DNA of 64,000 bases from Epiperipatus broadwayi. Lineage: Eukaryota > Animalia > Onychophora. The notes under the pieces are model-generated. The model had not been told where the DNA came from. It searched no databases and worked only from the letters and a program-made list of their open reading frames with translations. A program made the translations under genes and the position numbers. Where the stretch lies: contig JAQFVV010000005.1 of the NCBI GenBank assembly GCA_028023455.1, positions 13,454,001-13,518,000 on the forward strand, written 5' to 3'. Positions 48,030 through 61,100 of this stretch are shown piece by piece (positions within the stretch are counted from its first letter, which is position 1; every line of letters begins with the position of its first letter).

Positions 48030-49324
48030 GGTTGTTTTACAATAGCATGTTGAAACCACTGGAGGGCGTTATTGCGAGCGTTCTATTTCTAATGCGTAAG
48101 CCTAGAAATAGTCCGTTCGGTACAGGGTGGCTGCTTGTGTCTATTTCTACGCTAATGCACAGAAACATGACATTGAATCTGCCGCAGAAGTTATCGTGTC
48201 AGCTTACAGCTCAGATTTGTGCTAAGCATTTTCGATGTGCGATCACATTTCACTTTTGGCTACAGTATCAGGTGAGGGTGTCTGGAATTTCGATTGTCAA
48301 AACTATTTTAATATTCATTAAGACCACCTCCCCCTCTAACTGCCATCCTTTAGGAATGTCTACTAACAATTATCAGCAGAGTGTCATGTTTCCCTAGCCC
48401 CCATTTCCTGCTCAAAAAATTCGGCAAATGTAGGTTCCAGCGCGATTCGGATCAAATCACGCTCTAAGTCCCGCTTCTGCGAGAACAACGGCAAGCTTCA
48501 TCAAATGGCTGAGATCGGAAAACTTGCTGCGAATGTCAAAGATTCTCTGTCTGCTGCTGCTGCTGGAAACGGGTTATCAAACAAAAGAACTTTGAAGCTG
48601 CATGGGTGCTGTTCCTGAACAGCCCTAAAAGTTGCTTTTAATTGCCGTAAATATATTTATGTGGGGTTTTGATAATTACGGTAAAAAGTTGGTCAACCTT
48701 CGAGTCGGAGCGTTACGTTCGCTTAGGAATTGTAACCACTCACCCCCACCACCTTTCCCAAAGTTGGACCTTTCGGTTGTAAATGTTTGGTACCGTTAAA
48801 TGGAAATCGATTTGGTATTTGTAATTTATTATAAAACAACAAAAATATAAAAAAGAAAAGAAGCTGATTTTGTCGTAGAATACCCGACTGCCGCCATTAA
48901 AAAAAATGTAAGTAATGAGAAAGAATAAAAAGTAACTACTTTTTAAAATTCATTTCGATCGATGTACCCTTTTTTTTTTTGTTTGTTTGTTTTCGTTCCA
49001 AAAATTGTTATTTGATAGATAGTAGTTTTGGTTAAATGTGATCAACAAAATCAAAAACATACACATAAAAAAAAAAAAAGAATTCCTGCTCCCCCCCCCC
49101 CCCAAAATAGAAGTAATGAAAAGAATAACAAAAAAAAAAACTTCTGCATATTTTTTTTTTTATTTGTTGTTGTTGTTACATATTCCAAAATTTATTTGAT
49201 ATTAATTTACTTTGAAATGTGATAATAAACAAACCCGGCGGCGGCCCCATAAACATTATATTTATCTTTGTTTACAAACAAAGCCCGCCCTCCGTCGGTT
49301 TCAACACGCTATTGTAAAACAACC
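48030..49324. mobile_element. Non-autonomous Merlin-type element (1295 bp) with ~39-bp TIRs and 8-bp TSD
   Basis: Left ggttgttttacaatagcatgttgaaaccactggagggcg; right cgccctccgtcggtttcaacacgctattgtaaaacaacc; flanks aaaaattt / aaaaattc. GG termini plus an 8-bp TSD fit Merlin. No transposase remnant recognised. Confidence 0.8.
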
Positions 49325-49424
49325 AAAAATTCTAAAGTCTATAAAACAGTGAGTATTGAAATATTGATAAAAATAATTTTTATAACAAAATTTTTTTTTC
49401 ATATTATATTTGCCGAAATATAAA

Positions 49425-52400
49425 ATGGCGTCACAATTCGATCGTTTTTACAATATCGAACCGCTATCCATAGAAGGAAATATCTCAGTCAAATGGACTG
49501 AATGGAAAGAATTATTCCTACATTTCCTAGAGGCAACAGAAAAGGATATGAAATGAGAGAAGTAAAATTAGGAATATTACAGCATCTCATTGGAAAAGAG
49601 AAATATATAATAACATTAGACCACACGAACCCTTAACATAAAACAAAATTGCTACCTGTCTTAAATCAAATGGATAAATATTTCAACACAATGAAAACAT
49701 TATAACAGAATAAAAGCATATACAATGGAGTCATATGAGGGAAAATTGATTGATCACTTTCTTACTCACTTAAAATTAGTAGTTGAAAAAGCTGACTTCG
49801 GAGATCAAATACAAAATATCCTTAGAGATAGAATTATAATGGTACAAAAAGAAGGAGTAAAAGATAGATTATTTGAAAAAGGGAATATTATGCTAGAAAA
49901 AACATTGGAAATAATGTGGACATGAAACTAGAAAACTCAAAAATGAATTACAGGGAAAGTCTGAACTATGTATTAACGTAATAGTGAAAAATACAACAAC
50001 AAACATACGAAATTGTCAAAAGTGCAACTGTAATCATCCAAAACATGAGTGTCCTGCATTTGGAAAAAAATACTATAATTGGGAAAGTTAAACCACTTTG
50101 CCAATAATTGCTTTATAGGAAGCTATGACCATAAAATTTTAAAAACACAAAAATGCTCAAACACAAAGTATCATAAAAATAGAAATGGACATTAAGTGCA
50201 CGAAGTACACAATATTACAACATCGGATTCATCATATACCAGTGATGTTGAAAATACAATTGCATATGTCAGACATGTAGACTTAACTCATTCGTTTAAT
50301 GGCTGGTATGAACAGATTTTATTGGACAATAGTAAAGTGAAAATAAAAATAGACACAGAAGCCAATGTAAACATTATGCCTAAAAAAATGCTTAATACTA
50401 TTCATCTACAATCAATAATATACAAAAAAACAAAACAAAGAAGAAATTACATGCTTTTGAAGGATCATTTGTCACCCCAATAGGAAAAGCAAAATTTCAA
50501 TGCAAAATAAACAAAAATCTGCGTAATTTACATTTTATAATAATAAAAGAAGACAAAACAACACTCCTTATTGGCAGTGATTGTGAGTTACTATATTTAA
50601 TTAAATGCAACAAAATTACAGTACAAAAAGTAACAATGAAAAATAACAAAAGTAAAAATGGTCAAAATATATCCAACAACAACGAAGATAAAATAACAAA
50701 GAGTAGAAAAAATAATAAAAGTATTAAAACACAGGAAATAAAAGAAAATGAAAACTTCAAGTCTATATATGAGAAATACAAATGTTTTTCAAGGTGTGGG
50801 TTGTTACGAAGGCGAACACCACCTCACCATAGACCCAACATTTAAACAAGTTGTCATGCACCTAGATTAATTCCACTAAGTATACATGAACAATTATGCA
50901 AGGAATTAAATAAAATGAAAGATAATGTATCATAACTCCAGTGACATCCAATAAATTGGATTAATATGGCTTAAACATATCACCAGAAATTTTTCAGAGG
51001 ACAAATGAATTATTTGCCAATATACTAGGTGTCAGTATAACAGGTGAAGATTTCTTAATAGAAGGAAAAATTGTTAAAAATATGAACAAAAATTTATTAA
51101 AAGTCTTAAGCAGAGCACGCATGGTCAATGCAAAATTAAATCCATTATAAGATCCAATATGCTCAAATGCAAGTGAAATACCTAGATGAATGATTTCAGA
51201 AACAGGAATCTCAACAGATCCTAATAAAATAGAAGCAATACAAAGTTCGAACCACCAAAAGACAAAAAAGTTGAAATGACTTTTAGGAATGATAAATTAT
51301 ATTACCACACATTCTGAACTTAGCAGATCTGATGGCATCCCTGCAATCTCTTAATAAAAACAACATTATGTGGGTATGGAATTTGTATTACAAACGTTTT
51401 GATAAGCTAAAAGAGACAATTTACAATGCAACTTCGCTAACACACTTCAATTCTCAAATTCCAGTAATAATACAAACAGATGTCTCACAAATAGGACTAG
51501 GGGAGTTTTACTCCAAAATGGGAAAGCAGTTATCTATATTTCCCGAGCACTTTCTGAAACAGAACAATGCCATGCTCAAATAAAAAAAGAACTCTTAAGC
51601 CTTGTCAATGTGTGTCAAAAGTTCCATTACTACGTATACGGATGAAATATAATAATACATACTGACCATAAACCATTACTTGCAACTGTAAACAAACCCT
51701 TTGAGAAAAGCACACCCAGTCATGTAACTACATAAATATAACACAAGATGCTTGAGAAATACACAATGCAAACAAAACTGTCAGTACCTAGGACAATGGC
51801 TTAAAGAGAACTTATCCTTTAGATGAGGAAGCGTTAGAATTAATTGAACACATATGCAATGGATGGCCGGAACATAAGTGCAATGTACCTCCAATTTTGG
51901 AAAAATTCTGGCAAAATTGCTACAAATTCATGCTGAACCATGGAATACTACAACATGAAAGAAAATTAGTTATATTGACATCGCTACAATCCCAAATAAT
52001 GAGTTTGCTACACGAGTCCCATTTGGGAATTGAGCTGAAATCCAGAGCAAGACAAACATTTTATTGGTTGAATATTAACAAAGATATTGAATCATTAGTG
52101 GATAACTGCCCAATACATGCTACATACAGGCCAGCTCTACCAAAAGAACCACTCTTTAACAACATGTTGTGCCAACAAGACCATGGGAAAAGGTTGGTGC
52201 TGATTTATTTAAATTTGGCAACAATACTCCTAGTAGATTATTTCTGTAAATTACCCAGAGGTACTTTGCAAACCTGACAAAACTGCTGCTTCGGTAAAAA
52301 AGCTATGCAAAACAACATTTGCATGCTTTGGCATACCAGATGAGGTAATGGCAGATAACATACCGTTTGCTTCATTCTTATTCTGCAAATTCGCAAAGGA

Positions 52401-52630
52401 ATGGTGTTTTAAAATGACTACATTGAGTCCACATTATCCATATTCTAATGGACTTAAGGAACAAAATGTTCAAACTATAAAGCAATTATTTCACCAAGCT
52501 TATCAATCTGGAATTGACCCAGAATGAACCTTACTTGAATTTAGAAATACACCGATAAGTAGGATGAAGATTACTCCATCACAGCTACTAATATCTAGAA
52601 TACTTAAAACAAAATAACCATCCTTTGTAA
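49425..52630 (+). mobile_element. Ty3/Gypsy (K02A2.6-like) internal gag-pol remnant, LTRs not found
   Basis: Gag PLSIEGNISVKWTEWKELFLHFLEATEK; knuckle CQKCNCNHPKHECPAFGK; protease KIDTEANVNIM; RNase H IQTDVSQIGLG; integrase LHESHLGIE, DNIPFAS, SPHYP.SNGL. Confidence 0.85.
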
Positions 52631-52968
52631 ATAAATAATACAAAAAACTCTGTCAATAAATCAATAAGTGTAATTAAAAAACTTTTGTTAGATTATAATG
52701 TGGACTTTTATAAAGCCAGGTTTATTATGAAGGTGTTGGAATAGATTAATGGTGATATTACTGCAAGATATGGAAAGATAATTCATTTAAACATACTGTG
52801 AGAGTAACATATGAGCCTCACCAAAACAATTTATAATTATTTATAAAATTAATTGTACCTGTATTAAATATTAAAATTAATATTTAATGATAAATCATTT
52901 TTATAAAATATGAGATAACATACACATATTTTAATATTTTAATCTTTTCATATCATATTATATGTATA

Positions 52969-55002
52969 TACCTTGGTCTCGTTTTGTGCGGATTTTTTAA
53001 ATGCGATTTTGAAGTTATGTGATTCATGTTTTTTCTTAATATCTTTTTGTGCGGTTTTCTTTTATGTGACAAAGAAGTTCATATTTCATTTAAAATCGGA
53101 TTTTTCCATTTTATATACATGCATTAAATTTTACATACTTTAAATGCCTGTTGGAAAAAGGTTTGGCAATAAATTTAGATACTGTAAAAGATTTAGAAAA
53201 ACATAAGTATAATCTGTTTGTTTCACAGCAAAAATGATTCGAGAAAGTCTTCAACTTTCTAATTAATTGGAAAACCATTTTCTTGTTAATGACACAACTT
53301 ATGAACTAAATTCCAACAAAAGCTAAATAATTGTATGTTTGTGTTATGTATGTGTATATTTTCTTTTAAACACATATATACATGAAGAAACTTTTAGACA
53401 GAAAAAAATTACGAGTAAAAATATTTAACAACTTTTAATTTCTACTTTAAAAAGAATATATCTTTAAAAGTTTTTAAATATTTTTACTTGTAACTTTTTC
53501 TATCTAAAAGTTTCTACATGCATATATGTGTATAAAAGAAATTTTAACTGTTAGTCATTATTAACACACTCGTAGAAGTGCATTCTCTAACAGATAGGCA
53601 TAGCACTCTGGATATCACGGGCTTCATAAACAATTAGTAAATAACCAATTACATTGTTGACAGAAAACCATAAACATTGCACAAGAGTGAAGTCAGCGCA
53701 AATTGTATTTCCTCTTGTGATGACTCTGATGTCTTACCAGTTCACAAACTGCATATTGTCAAATAACGATAATGATTAAAATTAGTATAAAATATGTAAA
53801 ATAAATTACACATAAAAACATATTGTTTTGAATAAAATTAAATAGTTAATAAAAAAAGTAAAAAAAGTGACTTGTATCAATTTTTTTGAAATACATCTGG
53901 GTCTCGTTTTATGCGGATTATTTTAATGCGATTTCGAAGTTATGCAATTCATGTTTCTTCTTAATATCTTTCATATTTCACTATATTTATTAGATATCAA
54001 GAAATTTAAATTATTAATAACTTATTTTGACTTGAAATACTTTTTTTTTCCAAAAATATAATGATATATTAGCAACTAACGTGAATATGGCCTGAAGCTG
54101 CATTTAGAATATTAGCTTCTATGTAAATAACCTACTTATACTAATGAGTAAATAATAATAATAGATTTATATTTACATATAAAAATATTGCAATAAATAT
54201 TCAAAAATTTTAAACTTTTAAAACGTATTTTGTTAATTATAACAGAAATAAATAATTTTTTAGATTTTTAAAATAAATAATAATGAAGATTTTATTGATT
54301 TATAAACTGAAAATAATATTTCTAATGATAATCTATAATCTTTTTGTTTTGATTATGATCTCATTTTTTTAATATAAAAACCAAAAACCATTAACAAAGC
54401 TCAAGATTAAAAGTGATGCTAGTTGTACGTCGTATGACGAATCTGATTTCTTAACAGTTCACAAATGAATGCATATTGTCAAATAGCCAAATAACCGCTA
54501 ATGATTAAAATATGTATAAAAAATGTAAAATTAAATACTGTAGTAAAAAAAATTTGTCTTGTATTATTTTTTTTCAAATATTTGAAATTTTTTATTAGTC
54601 ATACGTTATTTCCTTATTTTTTTAATGCAAATTTTAAAGTAATTTTTCCTTCTTGCTTTTATGTGATTTCTGAAAATTACAACCCCTATCCCCATTTTTC
54701 AAGGTAAGTTAAGTCTATTTTTGTGCGATTTCTTTTGTGCGCGTTTTCTGAGGAACCTATCTACCCCATAAAACGAGACCCAGGTGTATTTGAAATTTTT
54801 TATTAGACATACTTTATTTCCTTATTTTTTTTAATGCGAATTTTAAGGTAATTTTAAGTTGATGCTTTGCTTTTATGCGATTTTTTAAAAATTTTGGAAC
54901 CTATCCCACATTTTTTAAGGTAAGTTAAGTCTATTTTTGTGCAATTTTTTTAATGCAGGTTTTCTGTGAAACTTATTTACCACATAAAACAAGACTCAGG
55001 TG
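52969..55002. mobile_element. Nested or tandem pogo/Tigger-like (Tc1/mariner) MITEs: outer 52969-55002, inner 53894-54786
   Basis: TIR consensus CACCTGGGTCTCGTTTTATG flanked by TA. Left copies at 52969 and 53894, right copies ending 54786 and 55002. Internal homology 53718-53790 / 54431-54520 and 54585-54786 / 54790-55002. Confidence 0.75.
53360..53541. repeat. Fold-back with ~78-bp arms
   Basis: tttcttttaaacacatatatacatg..aacttttaa pairs with ttaaaagtt..catgcatatatgtgtataaaagaaa across a ~27-bp spacer. Confidence 0.75.
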
Positions 55003-55499
55003 TATATATAAATTAATTAAGTATGAAATTAATAATTCTAAAATGAATATTTTAATTTATTCATACACATATATAACTAATTGTTTTCAATTAATTGTCT
55101 TTTACTAACTAAAACTTGACATTGATGATACATTAAGTCAACATCATATTATATCAATTAAAACAAAGGAAGTTAAGCACCCTCTATGGTAGTTGACTAG
55201 TCAGGAGTGTTTCAATAGTTATCCCAGGAAAAAGTAATATTTTCATAGTGAAAAAGAAGAGATCTAAATTAAGAGAGGTAAGAGCTTACCTCTTTTTTTT
55301 ATTAATGGAATTAAGGAAAAAATCTGAATTCTTAAAAATAAAAAATAAAAATGCTGACATGAAAAATGAGTTCCACATTTTGAATATCTTGAAGAGCAAA
55401 TCAAGGTCTCAAAAAGGGAAAAAACCAACTTAATTCAAGCCAAAATAATGATTTGGTTGAAAATTCACCAAATTTGATTTATAATATTTACATCAAATA

Positions 55500-58190
55500 G
55501 TTTGTAACAGACGAAACCCTAAGTAGTGATGAAAAAAGCTTAAAGTATGACGTGGGCCAAAATTATAATGTTCAGAATCAAAAAGCCAACAGAGAAATTC
55601 CATCTGAGTTAAATGTAGAAACTCCATACCAAAAGAAAACAATAAAACATAATCTAACTATCCAAAATAATAATGGAAATGTTAATAATATTTGGGAAAA
55701 CAATAATTCCGAATAAGAAAAAAATATGACTAATGGCAGCAGTGACCAGAAGTTAAGGTTCGAGAGTAATGTTTCCCGCATAGATGAATTCATTTCACAA
55801 GCTGAATTAAATTCACAAAAGACAAAAAAAAACAAAACTAAGCACTCTTCAAACTCCATACCAAGTGAAATTCAATCAAAAGATCAAAGTATTAAGCCCT
55901 GAAAATAGTCCATTACAATGAGAGATGATACCATACAAAACTAAAAAAAAATTTCAACACTAGAGGCAGGAACAAGAAACAGCCTCAATATTGAAAACAT
56001 TATCGAAGAATTAGGGGAAAATTTTACCGAAAGTCCAAAACAAAAAATAAATCTATCGTCGGATTTTCTAAACATAAGATGGCTCACAATAACAGCAAAT
56101 AGTACCCTCCCCCAATGGATTATTAATAAACTCAACATCACAGAAATAAACCACCACATTCATTTTGTTCATAAAATCAAGTTCTTAGCAGATAAACAAA
56201 CATAAATATTAATTTACTGCAGGTTTCGTATGTTAATAGGACTAACCTTACCCCTCCTAATAAGATAATAAAAGTTCTCCCCAGTAGACCGAGAGTCAAA
56301 GGAGACCAATGAAGACAACCTAAACTAGAGCTTATTGCTAATGTCGAAGCTAGCCTACTTAATAATCCGCATAGAGATAGCATTATAACAGATATTGCTA
56401 AATCTATTAAACATAAACAATTATACATAAAGGATAACAGCTGGAGTAGCGACCTCAAAATTACTAAACAGTTTTCAGATAGCAATAATTTAATCTGCCT
56501 TAAAGAAGACAAAGGCAACAGGTTTGTGCTTTTAAATTCCCAAGATTACAAGATGAAAATAAACTAACAAATTTCAAATCTCCAACTCAATCCAGTAGCA
56601 CATTTCAACAAGCTGAACCATGATAAATTTGTTTCATCCATTCTCTGCCCACATAAAAACAAAGGCATTTCAATGTCAGAATACTATTGAGTTTATCCAT
56701 CCTCCACTAAAGCCCCAAGAATATTTGCTAATGTTAAACTTCAGAAGCCTGGAGAACCGCTGCATTTAGTGATGGGTTTTGGGGGAGTCCATTATTTCCA
56801 AACTGCTAAACTGACTCTACTAAAGCCCTGACAATATTTGCTAATGTTAAACTTCATAAGCCTGAAGAACTGCTGCATTTAATGATGGATTTTGGGGGAA
56901 TCCATTATTTCCAAACTGCTAAACTGATTAATCAACTACTAATAGATAGGTTGGGCTGTGGAAATTATTCCATTAATCTTTGTTTCAATTTGTGGACAAA
57001 ATCAAAAATGCCATGATCGAGGACAACTTCTGCATGACTACACTCGACGTTAAAGAATTATATGGATCAGTTGATTGAAAACAAACAATACATCCAACAG
57101 AAACTGACCAACATTCTCTCATATGAATGTCTCAATTTCATTGTTTCATTCTTGACATGGATGGATAAACACATCTATATCACATTTGAGTATAATTGGT
57201 ACAACATGAAAATGGTTGGCCAATGGGTCTCCCATTCAGTGGAATCGTCACCAGCATCTTCCTTAATCATTTTGAAAATCTAATTATATATAAATACCAA
57301 ACTGATTGCCTGCACATTATATACACATGGTATGTAGATGATGTATTCATCATAGCTAATCAACACACTACAAATTGTATTATACAAGACTTATTACAAA
57401 ACACCAATCTAACCATCAACTTCACAGCAGAAGATGCCTCCCAGAGTCTAAAATACCTTGACCTTCGTCTAATGCATGATGAGAAAAAATAAATTATTCA
57501 ATGATGATAAAGCCCTCTGAAATCAGAGGCTTTATACACCCACACTCCAATTCCCCAAGATCTCACAAATTTGTAGGCCTTCATGCATTCTTATACAGAA
57601 ATATGCAACTATGCAAATTTGAATCTGATAAAAAAGATAATATACATCTCTACACCAAAGATCTACTAAGGCAGGCTACAAACTCAACACCATTAATCAC
57701 AAAATTAAACAATTTTATAAGAAAATCGCAAACAATAATAATGATATTAAGCTTCCATATATTACCCTTCCACATATACCTAAAATCTCCAACCAATTAA
57801 TTAAAGTCTTGGCCAACAAATTTTAAAATCAGTTTTCACACACCCCCTGCAACAATTGTCTAATCAATAATTCTAAAGACAAAATCGACCCTTCTCAGAC
57901 CTCCCATGTCATTTATAGCATCTCGTGCCCCCAACCCGGATGCCATGCCATTTATTATGGTCAAACCAAAGCCGGCATAACCAACAGGACCACTCAGCAT
58001 AGATACACCTACAATAGAGCAAAAAAAAATAACGACAATTCTTCAACATTCTTAGAACATTTCAAGAAGACAAGCCATATATTTGAACCCTCCAACTCCA
58101 AAATAGTTTACATAGAGAATAATGACATCAAACGAAAAATTAGAAAAGCGTACTTCATTAATGGCAACAATAACTGTTACATTGCAATCG
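55500..58190 (+). mobile_element. Penelope-like element PLE2 pseudogene (RT + GIY-YIG endonuclease)
   Basis: ICLKEDKGNRFVLLNSQDYKMKI; KAPRIFANVKL.KP (tandemly duplicated, ~56730-56925); TTLDVKELY; GWPMGLPFSGIVTSIFLNHFE; WYVDDVFII; GIY-YIG SHVIYSISCPQPGCHAIYYGQTKAGITNRTTQH (~57900). The left boundary is approximate. Confidence 0.9.
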
Positions 58191-61100
58191 AATTTAACAA
58201 TTTAGCCAGCAAAAATAAAACCTCTATATAAGCGATAGGAAACAGATTCATTTGTTACATAGAGCTAAATAAACCCATTATGTTAGTGGTCACAATAAAA
58301 AATTTTATAATGGACTTCAACAAAGCTCAACTATAAGAAGTCCTAAACCAATTCGGCAAAACTATAAAGTTTAAATATTTACCAGAAGAGCAGGATTCAA
58401 CATTCTCTTCAACACTGCCACATTTGAAATACTATTTTAAAAAACACTAACCAGATAGATATCCCAACAATAATTATTTATAAAGGTTCTCCAATGATTT
58501 TATATCATTCAGAGGGGTAAGACCACAATGCTTTTATTGCCTCCAGAGAACATATTTAATGAAAGATGTCAAGCCAGAATTTGTGCAAACTGTGGTGGAA
58601 AGAAAAACCATTTCCACAGATGTAATAATAATATAAAACAAAATAATTTTCAGGCAAGAACAATCCTAAAACAAACAATTGAAACCAATTCAGCCACAAC
58701 CTTTACATACAAAGAAGAAACACAAAGCAGAACATTCTAAGTGATCCACTCTCTACAGACAATATAGAAGAATTCTCTAGATCTGAGAAGTATCTTAAAA
58801 GAAATAAACAAAGAAAGTCATTCAAAAGGTCAAACTGAAAACATAAAAACAGACAAATCAAAAAACCGCATGAGAAATAAGATCATACCTAATATCAATC
58901 AAATAAATTCAAAAGATGTTTCAGAAACAGAAGACTGGACTAAAAATTATGAAAAAACAATTAATAATTACTACAATGAGCCTCAACAACAAGTATCCAA
59001 CCAATCTAAGCCAAAAAAGAGATAACAAATCAAACAATTAAAAAGGCAGAAGGAAGATCTAAAATCCCCCCTCCCCAAAAGAAATAAATCAGAAAACAAA
59101 TACAAACATTAAGACAGAAAGTGAAAACTATCTTACCTCAGATGAAAAAATGCAAATGGAAATATCAACTGAATCAACACTTAATAAAAAAAAGAAAATC
59201 TTCTATAACAGATAAGACATGCTCAGGTGGAGACACAGGAATAGAAAAAATAAGACAAGCTCAGGTGAAGACACAGGAATAGAAAAAAAGAATAGACTTA
59301 CAGGGAAAAAATTCACCAGAGTAAATTAAGATGGTAAATATCTGAGAAAAAAAAGGAGATGATTAAAGACTCAAACACAAAGGGGTCTGAGGAAATCTGG
59401 GAAGATATCAATAAACAACAACAAAGGGTAAATGATGGGGAATCTTTAAAGAGCTTGATACTAATGGAATCTAAAATTTCATATAATGAGTTGGAAAACT
59501 TGAGTGGAGAGTCTTCACAGGGGAAAAACACTCAATAATATTAGAAAATAGACAAACAAGTAAACCTGAAGTACAAATAAACAGGAAGAGCACGATAGAC
59601 CAATTTAGGTATTAGAATGAAGCAAGTAATGAAAATTAAAATTGGAATAAACATAAGACAGATTAATTCTATGGAAAGAGTATACACCATAAAACAATAT
59701 TGGTTCAAGCTAAACTCCCCACATACATATCCTGTTCACTGGTGACAATTCAGATCCAAAAATCAAACAAAGATTAGACAAACTAGGCTTTGTAGAACTC
59801 TCCACCAACTACAATGCTTCAGAAGGGGTCTGAATTATACTTAATAAAAAATTACCTCCAAACAAGTTCCAAATACTGTATAAAGACAAAAATATAATTA
59901 TTGTTAACATTGGCTATCATGGAGCCTTACTCAATCTTATATATATATATATTCAAAAAAATGACTGTAATAAACTCTCAAGAATCATAAATATTAAAAA
60001 CCTGATCATAACTAATAACAACTGCCACACAATAATTCTGGGAGACTTTAATATAACCTATAAAGACCTAACTAAGAAATATTAACTAATAAGCACCGGA
60101 TTAATGAGTGGAGAGGGGTTTTTTCCTGAGAAGGTTTTCTCTTTCTACACCAAACATTATAAATCACTAATAGGTCTATTGCTATACTTACTGCAATAAT
60201 ACTTCCAGATTGAGGCAGTATTAGATCCAGTTCATTTAAAGATCATTACGCATTAGTAGCAATTTTAGAATGAATTCACTTCATTAAATAATAATACCAT
60301 TAAAATGATAACTAAAGAGAGTATGACAGAAGATATTCCATCTGAAGCCTATATCTACTTTCACAAAATTGAGATTTCAACAAAACCAAGCTTGGTTTGC
60401 CTTCATCGAAATTTTATAATCGCTAATAGTCCACCACACCAGAAGAAGAAAAGACCCAATACTTATGATGAAAGAGCTGAATACCCTGAGCAACCAGATA
60501 AAACTTCACAACTCAGGGCAAATAACATTGAAAACCTAATTAATATTAAAAGGCAATACAAAATCAAACAAAAAATGATAGCAGGATATATTGCTATAAA
60601 GTGGGCTAAGATATACATGACAGGCCAGCACTTTTGGACCAGAGGTTACATAAGATACTAAACATAAATGGAAACTCGTTTGTAGGGACACCTATGCTGA
60701 CAAAAATAATGGAATTCTTCCAACTAAAGCTGCAAGATCTTAAACAACATCAGGAAAACAAAGAGAGAGAATATGATCAACAACTGGAACACGAATAACA
60801 AAAACAATGATCAATGCCAGACTACACCGATCCAGGTATTTACTGGATTCTGAAATTCCTACTGGCATACCCAAGCCACATCACAGCACCGATTATACAC
60901 AGAATGCTAACACACCTCTCTCAACAAAAAGAATAATCCTAAACTTATATCCCATTAGTCTTCTACCCTTCCTTAAAAATAATAAGGAAGATGTTCTCTC
61001 AAACATAAGACCCATCTCATGACTCCATTACTTATTAAAATAATGGAATCAATAATTAAAGACTCAATACAGAAAAAAATTCTGGCACAAATAATGCCAT

